Positions 1-13,300 of a stretch of DNA of 64,000 bases are shown one piece after another. The translations under genes were made by a program, and so were the position numbers. Origin of the DNA: Eledone cirrhosa (lineage: Eukaryota); contig OZ024742.1 of assembly GCA_964016885.1 (NCBI GenBank), positions 234,360,001-234,424,000 of the forward strand. The letters are read 5' to 3'. The notes below the pieces were generated by a model. That model was not told the DNA's origin and ran no database searches. It was given only the letters and a program-made list of their open reading frames with translations. Within the stretch, counting starts at the first letter, position 1; each line of letters starts with the position of its first letter.

Positions 1-501
1 GTTAAGTTTTGTATGTTTTGGGTGACTTGATGTGAAAAAGAGGTATTGCTTGGAATCTGTGGGTTTATAGAATATATCTGTATCTAATTTCCCGTCTATT
101 ACAGAGATGAGAATATCCAAGAAGGCTAATTCCTTGGGATTGGATTCCATTGTGAATTGTATGTTATTATCTATGTTGTTTATCATGTTTTTAAACATAG
201 TAAGTGAGTTCATGTCTTCTTGCCATAGGATAAAGCAGTCGTCTAGATATCTTTTCCAATTGGCTTTGAGGTGTGTGTGGAAAGAGTCTCCAAATAAGAG
301 AAGGGACTGACTGTATATTTGTTGTTCATGGAATCCCATGACTAGGTTGGCATATGTGGGTGCTACTTTCGTGCCCATTGCCGTACCTGATACTTGTCTG
401 TATGTTGAACCATTGAATGTGAAGTAGTTATTTTGTAGGATAAAGCGGAGTCCGTCAGTGATAAAATCTTTGTTGATGCGTGTCGGTATTTCTGATGGGT
501 G
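1..501 (-). mobile_element. Penelope-like element reverse transcriptase fragment (5'-truncated, continues off the window start)
   Basis: Stop-free minus-strand frame: ...FILQNNYFTFNGSTYRQVSGTAMGTKVAPTYANLVMG...WKRYLDDCFILW...IQFTME...LAFLDI...TDIFYKPTDSKQYLFFTSSHPKH. These are PLE RT motifs. Confidence 0.9.
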
Positions 502-601
502 TGTGTTAAGCCAGTATTGGACTGCTGTTATTCCATAGTTGTGTATGTGCATATATGTGTGTGTGTATGTATATGTATGTGTGTGTGTGTATGTATGTGT
601 G

Positions 602-644
<43 letters not shown>

Positions 645-996
645 ATGTATATGTATGTATGTGTGGATGAAGGTATGTGTGTATATATAGGTGTAAGTGC
701 ACTAAATCCCTTTCTATCAATCTCCCCTCTCCTACCGAGCACAGGAAGATATATGTATGTATATTGCTTCCACCCCCTCACTGACCAGCAGCTGGCCATC
801 TGGCCATTGCTAAATTTGACCTTTATAAAATAACCCACACCCCCAAATAACTTCTCATTCACTACCAGAAGCAGTCAACGAGCTGCTACCAAGATGAAAA
901 CTACTATGAAATCCCACAATGAATTTTATACTTGAATTTTCAAATCTCAAATTTTAACTTTTCTTATTATTAATTTTTCTTAATATTAATCAACAT

Positions 997-1034
997 TTGA
1001 AAAGATGGTTTTTGCAGACCCATCGAAACCGGTC
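997..1034 (+). ncRNA. Degenerate minimal hammerhead-ribozyme-like motif, in the probable inverted terminal repeat of the adjacent PLE
   Basis: TTGAAAA-GATGGTTT-TTGC-AGACCCATC-GAAAC-CG-GTC. Stem II and a palindromic short stem III are present; the core differs from CTGANGA at two positions. Confidence 0.45.
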
Positions 1035-1139
1035 ATTTTTTATACCCTTTATTATTTCCTTACCTTATAAAATTATGTTTTTTCACAAAAAAGTATTCTG
1101 TCTCTTATATATTCCATGTGCCATTACCAACCTCAATTT

Positions 1140-1173
<34 letters not shown>

Positions 1174-1474
1174 CGGCTACAGTGAAGACGTTTCTTTTTT
1201 CTCTCATTAAACTCGCCAGATCTTATGTCGAAATGAGTTGTTGACTTGATATTTTTCCTATTTTTCCTCTCTTTACGTTGCTTCACCCTTCGTGTCTGTT
1301 TACCCCCCCCCCCCCTTTTATCCCAATAACATATTTTAGTTATTGTTCGCCCTAGGCTGAGGTATCTTGTCTCTAACGGGAGGAAATACCTATGATTCCT
1401 AGCAGACAACTGACGATGGATATTACCTTCTTTCGCCCGTAACTTTTATTTTTCATTATATATATATATATATA

Positions 1475-2536
1475 CTAGCAGAGGTACCCGGCGTTGCTCG
1501 GGTATTAAATAGCAGTTGTGTATACCATTTATGTCAATACTTCAGTGCTACTTCGAAAACTATACTTTTACAAAATCATCGGCTTTTTCCAAAAGAGGGT
1601 TCCTGCCCCCCAGGGGTCCCCTACTCAATATGTGCCAATTCTGAGAGTTCATATTCATCTGTAGGACAAACGTAGCCCATGTGTCAAGTTTTGTGAAAAT
1701 CGGTTGCGAACTCCAGAAGTTATGACGTTTTGTTGCATTGCACTGCAGTTCTTCAGTCGACTCCAAGGAAGTGGTTAAAGGGGGTTATCTGCCGGGAGGC
1801 CCTATAATCAATATCTGGAAAAATAAAAGTGCCCATGACCATCCGGAGTACATAAGTAACCTATGTCTTAAGTTTGGTGAAAATACTGTAGAAATGCATA
1901 AGGTTTATACACACGCGTGCTCGTGTGTGTGTGTGTTTGTGTTTGTGTGTGGGGGTATGTATGTATTTGTGTGTGCGTATGTATGTGTATGTCCGTCGGG
2001 CCATACGTATGAACTGGCCTAAATCTTCACTATTTACTTTTACTATTTTAATAACCTCTGTCATTTTCGTTTTCAATTTTATTTACACCATTCTTAAATT
2101 CCGGGGCTGGAAATCATTCTGTTATGTTAAATAGAATATTAGTCTAACGACTCCATTTATATCATAAACTTGGTCTTGTCTTTGCATGAAATTGTTCTTC
2201 TCGCTCCACATAACGACGTATTATCCTCGCTTTTTTTTCCGTTCATTGCCAGGGAACGTCTTCACGAACCAGAATATCGTCTCCCTGTTTTCGTTCGGTT
2301 GGAATGTTTCTCGAAATATTTACTTCTGCATTCACAGATTACTCTCAGTTCAATTTGAATGGGAAATTCCTGTTTCATCGATTTTCTCCGTAACCATGGA
2401 AGCTTGTACCCTAAAAGTCATTCTGCATAACTGTGTAAATTTTCGCTGCATTCCACCAAGCCATTCCGACGTTTATCCGACTACACTTACTTACTAAAAT
2501 ATACAACGTCCGACCACTTCCAATTTATATAGTAGA
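1475..2536 (-). mobile_element. Non-autonomous Helitron-like element
   Basis: Minus-strand 5' end TCTACTATATAAA; 3' end has hairpin CCCGAGCAACGCCGGG followed by CTAG. Inserted in (TA)n with no TSD. Confidence 0.7.
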
Positions 2537-3533
2537 TATATATATATACCATTAATTTGATACTCTGTTCAATAGATTACCTTTTACATTATCAATCTGC
2601 CACCAAGAAGCTTACCTTATCTAAGTTTACATTGTGAATGGGTTTTCAAGTTGCCAATATGTCTGAGATTTTGACATCAAAAGGCCATCTGTTTGTTCTC
2701 AGGTCTGGGAGACAAGAGAAGGGATATTCATAAATAGCCTGCTCCCAGAGTCAACTAGGATAGTTGCAGAGTTGATTTCTAGCAGTTAAAATATAGCCCA
2801 CTGCTTTACACAGACCCTGTGGATCGCTCTCTCTCTCTTTGTCTCTCTTGGCAAAGCCAGCGAAATTCATCAAATCAACAGAAGTTTGGTAAATACATTC
2901 TTATTTATACCTTTGCAAGCAAACTCACATACACATCATCCTGATACATAACATCACATAATTCAACTGTGGTTATTTGTTCATGTATCATCATATAACT
3001 TTGACGAAAGTTATATCTAATAAATTAGTAACATAGTGGCTTTGTGTTATTGTGGTTCATATATTTCATTTCCTACATGATCAAGGTAAATCATGTACCC
3101 AAGGAACCATCACATCATCATCATCATAATGAACATTTACTGGCACACCCACAATCTCTGGTCACACTGTATCAGGCACATCAATCTTCCCTCACCTACA
3201 CTCTACACAGTGACCATATAACTAAGCAATCTACAAGTGAGAACACACACAACAACCTAATGAACACCACAACACAACCATTCATCCAAGCATTCAACCC
3301 ACTATATATATATGTATATGTATTACAGATATATATGATATATATATATATATTATGTATATATATATATATATGTGATATATTATATATATGTATATAC
3401 TAGCTGGCCCGTCCGGCTGGTGCCTGGCTACCATTAGCGTGTTCTATGGCATCCATATATGTATATATATATATATATATATATAGCTGATGTACCTAGC
3501 TTTGTTCGGATAAACAGACGATTAGCCGTCTGT

Positions 3534-4085
3534 GTAGTATAGTATTACTGTTGAAAATATATAGTATAGTATTACTGTTGAAAATATATAGTATAGTATT
3601 ACTGTTGAAAATATATAGTATAGTATTACTGTTGAAAATATATAGTATAGTATTACTGTTGAAAATATATAGTATAGTATTACTGTTGAAAATATATAGT
3701 ATAGTATTACTGTTGAAAATATATAGTACATTATTACTGTTGAAAATATATAGTACAGTACAATATTACTGTTGAAAATATATAGTACGGTATTACTGTT
3801 GAAAATATATAGTACGGTATTACTGTTGAAAATATATAGTATAGTATAGTATTACTGTTGAAAATATATAGTATAATATTACTGTTGAAAACGTATAGTT
3901 TACTGTTGAAAATATATAGTATATTATTACTGTTGAAAATATATAGTACAGTATTACTGTTGAAAATATATGGTATAGTACAGTATTACTGTTGAAAATA
4001 TATAGTACAGTATTACTGTTGACAATATATAGTATAGTATTACTGTTGAAAATATATAGTACAGTATTACTGTTGAAAATATGTA
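3534..4085. repeat. 22-32 bp (mostly 27 bp) minisatellite TAGTATAGTATTACTGTTGAAAATATA
   Basis: About 20 tandem units directly visible. Confidence 0.95.
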
Positions 4086-4238
4086 CACGAATATATAATT
4101 ATATATATATAATTAATTAAAAGTTGGTTAGAAGCGAAGTCAATGCAGACAGTCAGACATACAGACAGATATTATAACGTTATAGCTATGTATCTATCTA
4201 AAAAAACAGACTAAGAGAGAGGAATGTTGTATTATATA

Positions 4239-4571
4239 TCTATATATCTAAAACAGGGAATGTCTGTCTGTCCCCCTAAAACTCGAGAACCACCCAATCG
4301 ATTTTTTTCAAACTTTACACATGTAATACGTATGGTAGTGTGAGTGTTTTGAGCCAAAAATATTTCAAATTTTTAATGCCCTAGGGACCGCATTAGGCGC
4401 CAGTTAGCGATCTCTCTATCTCTTTCTTAGTCTGTCTTTTTAGATAGTTACATAGCTATAACATCGCACCCTTATAATATCTGTCTGTATGTCTGGCTGT
4501 CTGCATTACGACATTATGAAAATATTGACTTTGCTAGCTGTGTGTGTATATATGTATATATAGTGTGTGTG

Positions 4572-4608
<37 letters not shown>

Positions 4609-5620
4609 TGTAACGTTTTTCGAAATATTTACTTCTGCATTCACAGATTGATTGTTTTAGTCTCAGAAGATCCCGTTAAGGGTGAAAGCAGCGATTCTTT
4701 GCTTAAACTTTAATCTGTTATTTTAATATATATATATAATTATATATTCGTGTACAGATATTTTTGCATACACAATAACAAAATATAAACAAACGTATTT
4801 ATTTCACGAGGCTCGATAAGGATAAATATATATAAAATATATAAGAACCCTAGAGCAAATATTGTTTTCATTGCTGACGTTATCGTCATTGTTACTGTTG
4901 ATATGCCACCCAAAACGTCTCACTACTTTTGGCACAAGGCCAGCAATTACATAGTCAACGGTTCGGAAATCACATGCATCACTGACGAGTTTACTCCTTA
5001 CTCTACCAGTTAGTCTTAGTGTACTTTGTCCTGCTTTTAGGTCATGCTTCGAAGGAAGAGATACTCCATTGGCCGAAATACTGCGAAAGTGGCAAGAAAA
5101 AGAACAAGGCAGGCAAACATAACTTGAGAAGTACCCAACCGATTTTTTAAAAACTTTACATATGCATTACTTATGTTTCACAAATTTTCTTGACTGAGAA
5201 AGATTTCAAATTTTTGCCCGGGGACCGCATTGTTTAGCATTTTGGTTGTGTTAGGGCCTGTAACCTTAAAAGTATCCAACTAAATTCCTTCATGCTCACC
5301 ACCACTGCAGTCCCACATGCTTACTGCTCTGTAACTATTGCTTTCATTGTACCATAGCACAACAAATACATGTTCAGTTTGTCGAATGCCTTTTTACTTA
5401 ACCCTATCGTCTTGGCTTTCATGGGTTGAACACTTTACTCTCAGGCACCCAATTAAGTTAAACCTTTGGTAATCTACGACAAATTTTTTTTATAAGCACA
5501 AAATGTAGACACCATCCCCAGGCCGAGGTATTCCGTACTTCTCTGTACTGTTTCAGAAAGGAGGGATAAACATGTTAATCTATGTTTAGAAGCCCGAGCA
5601 ACGCCGGGCCATTCTGCTAG
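4239..5620 (+). mobile_element. Non-autonomous Helitron-like element
   Basis: 5' TCTATATATCTAAAA followed by (GTCT)n; 3' GCCCGAGCAACGCCGGGC hairpin plus CTAG|T. Confidence 0.7.
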
Positions 5621-6427
5621 TATTATATATAATAAAGTACCAGTAATGTACTGGAATAATGGTTGGCCTTGTGCCAAAAGTAGAAACAATTATACTTCTT
5701 TTTTATACAACTGTAAATAACATGTATATGCATGTATATATACGTATATATATACGTATAAAGGAATGCTGTAATAAAATGTACAAATTAAACTGTCTCT
5801 TATTTATGATACTAACACTATATATATATACACACTATATATATATACACACTATATATATATACATATATACACACACGGTTTTCATAATACAGACATA
5901 CAGAGACATATTATAAGGGCGCAACGTTATAGCTATGTATATATCTAAAAAGACAGACTAAGAAAGAGAGAGGAATGTCGTATAACCGGAAGTGTTGACA
6001 TTTGAAAATTTTAAAGTGAATATTTAAATAATATCTTTAATCTTTTAACAAAATTTAGTAGACAAAAATACCCTCACTTGCTTACTTGGAAAAAGTTACA
6101 TCTATAGTGTAAATTTGGTGCCGTCTGGTTCAGCCGTTTGGCGAAAAGTTTGTTACATACATACGGCCGTCAGCTTTATTAGTATAGATATATATATTTA
6201 TATATATGATATATTATTTATATGTGTACATATATATATATTAGAAAATGTGTGAAATCCTTGGTACAGTTAGGTATATTTAAAAAAAGGAAAAGAATGA
6301 CTTCATTTGTAGTTACTCTTTTACCTGTTTCAGCCATCCGGCTGAGGCCATGCTGGGGCACCGCCCTTGGTTATAAACAATTTAATTGAATTTTATAGTA
6401 TTAATTTTATAGTATTAATTTATAAAC

Positions 6428-6527
6428 AATTTAATTGAATTTTATAGTATTATGATTTTACAATTTGGTTTTGTAGATCTACAAAACCAAATTGTAAAAT
6501 CATAATACTATAAAATTCAATTAAATT
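6428..6527. repeat. Perfect 100-bp palindrome inside a larger fold-back (outer arms ~6285-6313 and ~6531-6559)
   Basis: Arms mirror around AGA|TCT at 6477/6478. Confidence 0.9.
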
Positions 6528-6583
6528 TAGAACTACAAGTGAAGTCATTCTTTTCCTTTATATATATATATATATATATATAT

Positions 6584-8190
6584 AAAGAAACAGTCAGCAA
6601 GGTTAGAATTAACAACGAATATAGTGAAGAGTTTAGCGTAAAAGTTGGTGTTCATCAGGGCTCCGTCCTTAGCCCCCTACTATTTATTATTGCCCTTCAG
6701 GCAGAGGAGTTCAAGCCCGGCTGCCCATGGGAACTCCTATATGCAGATGATCTAACGCTCATAGCTGAATCAATGGCGGAACTAGAGAAGAAATTCCAAA
6801 CATGGAAGCATGGCCTAGAATCAAAAGCACTTAAAGTTAACTTGTCTAAGACTAAAGTTCTAGTTTGTAGGAAGGAAAATAGGGCACCGGTCCCATCTGG
6901 GAAATGGCCATGCTCAGTGTGTAAGAAAGGAGTAGGCAGAAACTCCATTTTATGTCCCAAATGCAAAGTATGGGTGCATAAAAGATGTAGTGGGATCACA
7001 GGTAAGCTAACTAAGAATATAGATTTTATATGTGGCCGGTGCTCTGGTACAATAAGTAGCAGAAAGTGCCCACAGAATACTAGCTCATTCCATTGCACAG
7101 ATGGTTCTACAGAAATAGTGGACAGCTTCCGTTACGTGGGTGACAAAATCAGCAGTGGGGGAGGGTGCTCTGAACTTTTTCCATCCCGTTCTGACTCTAG
7201 CTACTGTACTTTCAGAGAGCTTATACCACTATTGGCCGCTAAAGGGTTCTCTCTAAAAATGAAAGGCAGGCTGTATGATGCCTGCATACGAACAACAATG
7301 TTACATGGCAGTGAGACTTGGGCATTGTGTGCAGAGGATATACGCAGACTGGAGAGAAACGAAGCTTGCATGCTCCGTTGGATGTGTAATAGTAATATAC
7401 GTGAACGGCAAAGCATAAACGAACTAAGGGAGAAATTAGAAATAAGAGGGATCAGATGTTGTTTACTCGAGAGAAGACTACGTTAGTACGGTCACGTGAT
7501 GCGCATGAAAGACAACAGCTGTATAAAAAAGTGCAGGGCAATAAAAATAGACGGTAGCCACAGAGTAGGCAGACCCAGAAAAACCTGGGACGACTTGATA
7601 AATTCCGACCTCACACACTTACACCTCTCCAAGACAATGTCACTGGACCGAGATCTTTGGTGGTACTCAGTTATACAGAAGACCCGCCTTGCCTAAGTAC
7701 AAAGCGAAACCTACAGTCAGTAGGCACCTAACAAAATACCCCCCCCCCCCACCCCTAAAATGTGAAATTATGTTGGTACCACAACATCCAGTCCGAAACA
7801 AATGAGGTCGTGTAGGTGTCACAACAAAAAAACACACAGTCCACGCTGTAATGTGGCCGTGTAGGTAACACGGTAAAAACCTCCCAGTCCACACTGTAAA
7901 TGTGGTTGTGGCTCCCAAACTGGTTCCATTGTAAGCAGGGTACGGCACGGCCAACTGGCTTCTTCCTCCTCATGGCAGTGCCACACAGATCCACACATTA
8001 AATGTGATTGGTGTTAGAAAAGGCATCCAGCTATAAAAAACCCTGGGCAAATTTACAGTTCTGTCTGAACAAGGTGCAGCCAATCTGGTCAGACTCGTCT
8101 CATGACGTGGACAACCCGTCTAACTTATGCAAGCATGGAAAATGAACATTAAACAGTGATGATGATGATGATGATGACGATGATGATGAT
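6584..8190 (+). mobile_element. 5'-truncated RTE-type LINE (RT C-half with Cys/His finger insertion, 3' UTR, (GAT)n tail)
   Basis: ORF 6539-7486 contains VGVHQGSVLSPLLF, LLYADDL, WPCSVC..CPKC..WVHKRC..CGRC and MLHGSETW. It continues past a premature TAG to GRPRKTW and ends in GAT repeats. Confidence 0.85.
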
Positions 8191-10801
8191 ATATATATAT
8201 ATGCTTGCATAGATATATATTTTAACTTGATTCAAATGTTGTGGTTGTTGCTTAGTCCCAGGCCAACCCTGAATGAGCAGAACTATGATCAAAATCATTT
8301 CAACCAAGACCATCTTATCTATTTAGGGTATGTAAGACAATATTAGCTAATGAACCTTTTCCTTATTTAAGCTGGTAGACTGTGGTTTGAGAGAGATTTG
8401 GCACCTTGGTTGTTTCTATCCGGGTTTTTATTTTAAAGTTGTTTCTTTCTTATCTTTATGTTAGTTTTCAAAAATTAAGTGGCAAGTGGCATACTAAAGA
8501 TTTTCTGTTTTCTGGTGCCACAATAAAATACACCCATCCCACTCTGTAAAGTAATAGTGCAGGTGCCATGACAAAAAGTACCCAGTTCATACTGTAAGGT
8601 AAGTAGTACTGGTGCCATGATAAAATGTTCCCAATGCAAACTGTAAAGTGGTTAATGTCGTGAAGAGCATCCATTCACAGAAACCATGCCAAAAACAATG
8701 GACCAGCAACATGTAGTCACCAGAGCAGTTGAATCTCAGAACACGACGACCTGTGTAGCCTATGCAAGAATAGAGAATAGATGTTAAATAGTGGTGGTGA
8801 TGATGATGATAAATAGATGGTAGAGTTTATCCTTGGGTGCCTTTAGCAGAATCCAATTTGTTGCTAGCACTTGGGTCCCTACATTTCTCCCACTAGTCTT
8901 TAGAGACCCTGTAAAAGGGTATGGGTGTTGTCTTTCCTTTCTCTGACTATGTCATGTAAAAACATGGAATCTATTACCTTTTAGGATATCACGGACTGAG
9001 TTCAAATCCTGCCGAGGTTAACTTTCATCCTTACGGGCTTTCATCCTTACATCCTTTCATCCTTACGGGGTCGATAAAATAAAGTACCAGTAATACACTA
9101 GGATAATTGCTGGCCTTGTGCCAAAAGTAGAAACAATTATTTAAACTGTGATTGTTATTTTATTCATTTGATGTCAGTTTGGAATTTCACTTCCACCTCT
9201 TTTTATTTTGATTTTACTTTCCTAAAGTTTAAACTAGATTAAAATTCCAAAATATATAAACTATCCTGTATGGCAGCCAACAAAAAGTTTCCTTTGTTCT
9301 TTTCTATTGAAAGAATTTTAGAATTGTGAATTTAGCTTTGAAAATATGCCAAATTTTAGTTGTTGTTGTTATCACCAACATCATAATGTTTTTAACAGTA
9401 TCTCTAAGTCTCTAATGTATCATCAGGTGCACCTTGATAGTCTGACACGTGTGCAACATTATTATTTTGGAACGTAGAATTGTGTTTATAGACTACATTA
9501 GCTTTGCATTGTTGTGCAATTTCATTTGTTGTTTCTTGTGTTATTTTACTGTTGCGCAGAATATGTGCAATGTAAGTTGTTTTATTTTGTTGGGTGATGT
9601 TTCATCATCGCCATCATCATAATGTATGTTCTCCCTGCTAGCATTGGTTGGATAGGTCTTTAAGGACTGAGTCAGTAACAAAGCAGGGCTTCTGTATTCA
9701 CAGATGAGCTGGGGGCCTATATCTCACTTACACATGACCCTGTACTCTACCGAATGCGTTTTTATTATGACACCAACATTAGGGAGGTTGTTATGTCTTT
9801 AACACAACTAAACCCTTTGTCTGGCAAGTTTTCTATGGTTGGATGCCCTTCCTATAACCAACCACTTTAAAATGTGTACTGAGTGCATGTATTGAGTAGA
9901 TCATCAACACTGAGGAGGCCATCATGCCTTTGATACAACCAAATGATCCTCCTGACTCTTTAGCAAGCATTCTATGGCTGAATGTTTGTATTTCAATATA
10001 CTGTGTGAAGAATTGTTTAATATGTTTTAGTGTTAAACAAAGATTTCCTAGATTATGTGCTCTGTCACTTATGTTACCCCCAACTGTGTTGAATGTGAGT
10101 TGTTGGTGTTATAGTGTTGGCTATCATTTATATAAAGATATTTGAGCTGTTATTTTATTAGGAAGTTCAAATCTTGCTGAAATCAACTTTGCCTTTCATC
10201 CTTCCAAAGTCAATAAAATAAAATAGCAGCTAAGTACTGGGGCCAAAATACCCCCCCCCCCTCCTCAAATTACTGGCCTTGTGCCAAAATTAGAAAAAGT
10301 TATTTTATTAGGAGGCCGTTGTATAGAGTATATGTTGTATACAGAGAATGTACTATTTGAGTTGTTGTATTAAATTGAAAGTCTTGTGTTGTAAGTAGGC
10401 TATAGCTAGCAGGGTTATCTTTTTGACTATGTAATGTTGTTAGTGCTAGTATTGTTTTGTATGTTGTATTTTTTCCATTGTACTTAGTACTCCAGTTATT
10501 TTGGGCACTGTTTTTACTTTCCTGCATTACATCCCACTTATTTTAGTTTTGAGATACTTTTACTTTAACAATTTCCCCACTTCTTTCAAGAAATATTTTA
10601 GTCAGAAAGGATTTAGATATACAGAATTTAGAGTACAGTCATTTTCATTCCAGTCATTGTTAATTAATATCTGAATGGTTTGCCTCGATCTCTTTGTATA
10701 GGTAATTGTGCATCACTCATGTACTCTTTCTTGTTGGTACAGGTTTATATCATTTCTTAACATTTTTCATATCAATGTGTTGGTATATTACCAAGTGGAC
10801 A

Positions 10802-11850
10802 TATGAGGGTCGGCTGACAAAGGTACTCTCATGGAATGTGACCAAATGAAGTTTATTTTTCAACATAGTTCCATTTGCCATCCATACACATCTTCCTTCT
10901 GTGTTAAAAAAGTCATCAACAGCAGATATAACATCATCACTGCAATTCTGGTTCCCAGCCAAGTGTTTTTTCATGTTGGGGAACAGATGGGGGTCAAATC
11001 AGGAGAATAGGGAGGGTGATCAACCAGTTCAAAGCCAGTCATGCACAGCAGCCATTGAAACCAAGGACTTGTGTGCTGGAGCATTGTCCTGATAAAACAA
11101 AACCCCTTTCATCAGTTTTCCTGGGTGTTTGGTCTTGATAGCATTTCATAACTTCCTCAGCAAGTTGGCATGGTACTCTTCATTGATGGTATGGCCCCTT
11201 TGAAGGTAGTCAAACAATGCCTTTTGCATCCCCCAAAACTGAGGTCATCACCTTCCCTGCAGATGAAATGACCTTGGTCTTTGGAGCAAGAGAGGTGTGT
11301 TTCCACTACATGGATTATCTCTTTGTCTCTGGCTCAAAGTGATGAACCCAACTCTCATCCTGGGCTAGAAAATGTTCAAGGAAACCAGCTGGATCTGCCT
11401 GAAACAATGTCAGGTTTTCCCATGATGTGATTAGTCTGGTGTGCTTTTGATCAGGTGTAAGAAGACATGGCACCCACCAAGCAGAAACCTTCATCATGAC
11501 AAGTTCATTGTGCAGAATATTCTCAACTCTCCCATGGGATATGCTAATAGCATTGGCTATTTGATTTATAGTCAATTGTCTGTCATCCATCACCATGTGG
11601 TGAACATGATCACTGTTTTCCTTGATGATGGCAGTTACAGGATATCAAGACCTTAGGTCATCTTCAAGACTCTCTCTTCCACTCCTAAATTAAGCTGTCT
11701 ACTTTTGCACTGTAGCAACTATATCAGCATGAATGTTCTTACGGGCTAAACAATTTTTCTGCAAGTACTTGATGACACCACAATTCCAAATTTTGTCCGT
11801 TTTCAAGAGAAGTCACTACTAGTTATTTTTTAAGCCTTCTTTGAACAGTC
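10802..11850 (-). mobile_element. Degraded mariner-family DNA transposon
   Basis: ORF 11315-11596 has KVSAWWVPCLLT and QDESWVHHFEPETKR mariner transposase motifs; it is disrupted. Boundaries approximate. Confidence 0.8.
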
Positions 11851-12819
11851 AGATGGCCTCTGTGTTAAGTTTTACAGTCTATTTGATCCTGGAGTGGTTT
11901 TTCTTTCCATTTGTTTCTTCAAAATATTTTAGAATTCCATTTTGGTTTTTATCTTTTGTTTTCCTAACCTTTTCTGCTGTTTTATTTTTTTCTAGTTTCT
12001 ATTATATTGCTTCCTCATACATAGGGAAAGGTGCTTTGTTTTGTTTCTTCATGTCTGTCACACAATGTGTGCGTGTTTGTGTGAATGTATGTGTGTGTAA
12101 AAGGAAGGGGATGGTGAAAAAACTATAGCAAAATAGTGGTTGGCATTCCATTTGCTATGCTGTGTATGAGTGTATGTGTGTGTTTGTGTAAATGTATATG
12201 TATGTGTGTGTTTGTGTAAATGTATATGTATGTGTGTGTTTGTGTGAATATATGTGTATTTGTGTGAATGTATGTATGTAAGTGTGTCTGTGTTTGCACG
12301 TTTATATTTATATGCTCATATAAATGTATGCATATGCACATACACACACGCACACACATATTCACAAACACGGCGAGTTGAAAAAATTCTAGTTATTTAA
12401 AAGTCATAAGCAATATTTTTTATTAGAAATATGGTAATGAAAGGGTTAAACATCCGACCAAATAATGTAACAGTTTATAGTTTTGCTTTATTTACTTCAG
12501 TTCAGTTCCTATTGTAGAGGTGGGTTTTTTAAATTTTGCTTTTCATACCTGATGGGAATTTGTGGATTAGTAGGATAATTATCAGTTCAATTCAATCAAC
12601 TGCACCTTTGCCTAATAAAAATTAAAAATGATTGTTTTCAGTAAGAAATATTCATGAAGAATAGATATAAATATCTAGCAAGAGACCATTTTGTTTGAAA
12701 CACATATAAGAAGTGTGAAGCTGGAAAGTAGTGAGATATGGATGCTGAATGGGGAAGACATAAAGGGAAATGGTATGACCATGATACATGTAATGTTAAT
12801 ACGTAGCATGGTCGGCATG

Positions 12820-13300
12820 CCACAAGCTACTGAAAGTGTGGAACACTGACCTAAACCACAAAATAAAGAAGCGCGTCTTCCTAGCAACTGTTGAGTCCGT
12901 CCTGCTTTACAGCAGTGAAACGTGGACTATTGACAAACTGCTATGCAAGAGACTTGACGGATGTTACACGAAGATGTTGAGTGGCTCTCAACATTTCTTG
13001 GAAACAGAAGCTGACAAATAAGGAACTATACAGATCACTACCACCAGTCTAAACAAAAGTTGCTTGCAGACGAATGAAACTGGCTGGGCACTGCATCCAT
13101 CATCCAGAAGAGGTAGTATCACAACTTGTGCTCTGGAAACCGACGGTCGGACGAAGAATTGTGGGAAGACAGGCCGTCTCATTCATTGATACCTTGCTGA
13201 GAGATGCGAACATTGAAAACATCGATGACTGAGAAATGTCATGCTCGACCGGGACGATTGGAAAAAGTGTGCCGAATCTTTGCGAGTGTAAACTCGGTTG
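12820..13300 (+). mobile_element. RTE-type LINE 3' fragment
   Basis: IKKRVFLATVESVLLYSSETWT...LDGCYTKML followed by frameshifted LAGHC. Confidence 0.7.

Larger units (their letters stand above)
3484..6189 (-). mobile_element. Composite Helitron-like region (minus-strand termini enclosing a minisatellite and a + strand copy)
   Basis: Minus-strand 5' end TCTATACTAATAAAG near 6189 and a degenerate 3' end near 3484. A shared internal module recurs at ~4141, ~4410 (inverted) and ~5891. Confidence 0.45.

Noticed and set aside
499-862. ORFs rich in YI/CV/HT repeats (also ~3044, 12123, 25546, 48873, 52989, 60108, 61678)
   Set aside because: Translations of (TA)n, (TG)n, (GA)n and trinucleotide microsatellites.
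2856-2875. GCCAGCGAAATTCATCAAA resembling the ASEFIK end of a Cdc14 first coding exon
   Set aside because: It needs a 1-nt deletion, has no upstream ATG, and has no splice donor right after the AAA codon; probably coincidence.
4981-5080. CTGACGA...GAAA as a hammerhead
   Set aside because: No convincing stem II or stem III connecting the two core motifs.
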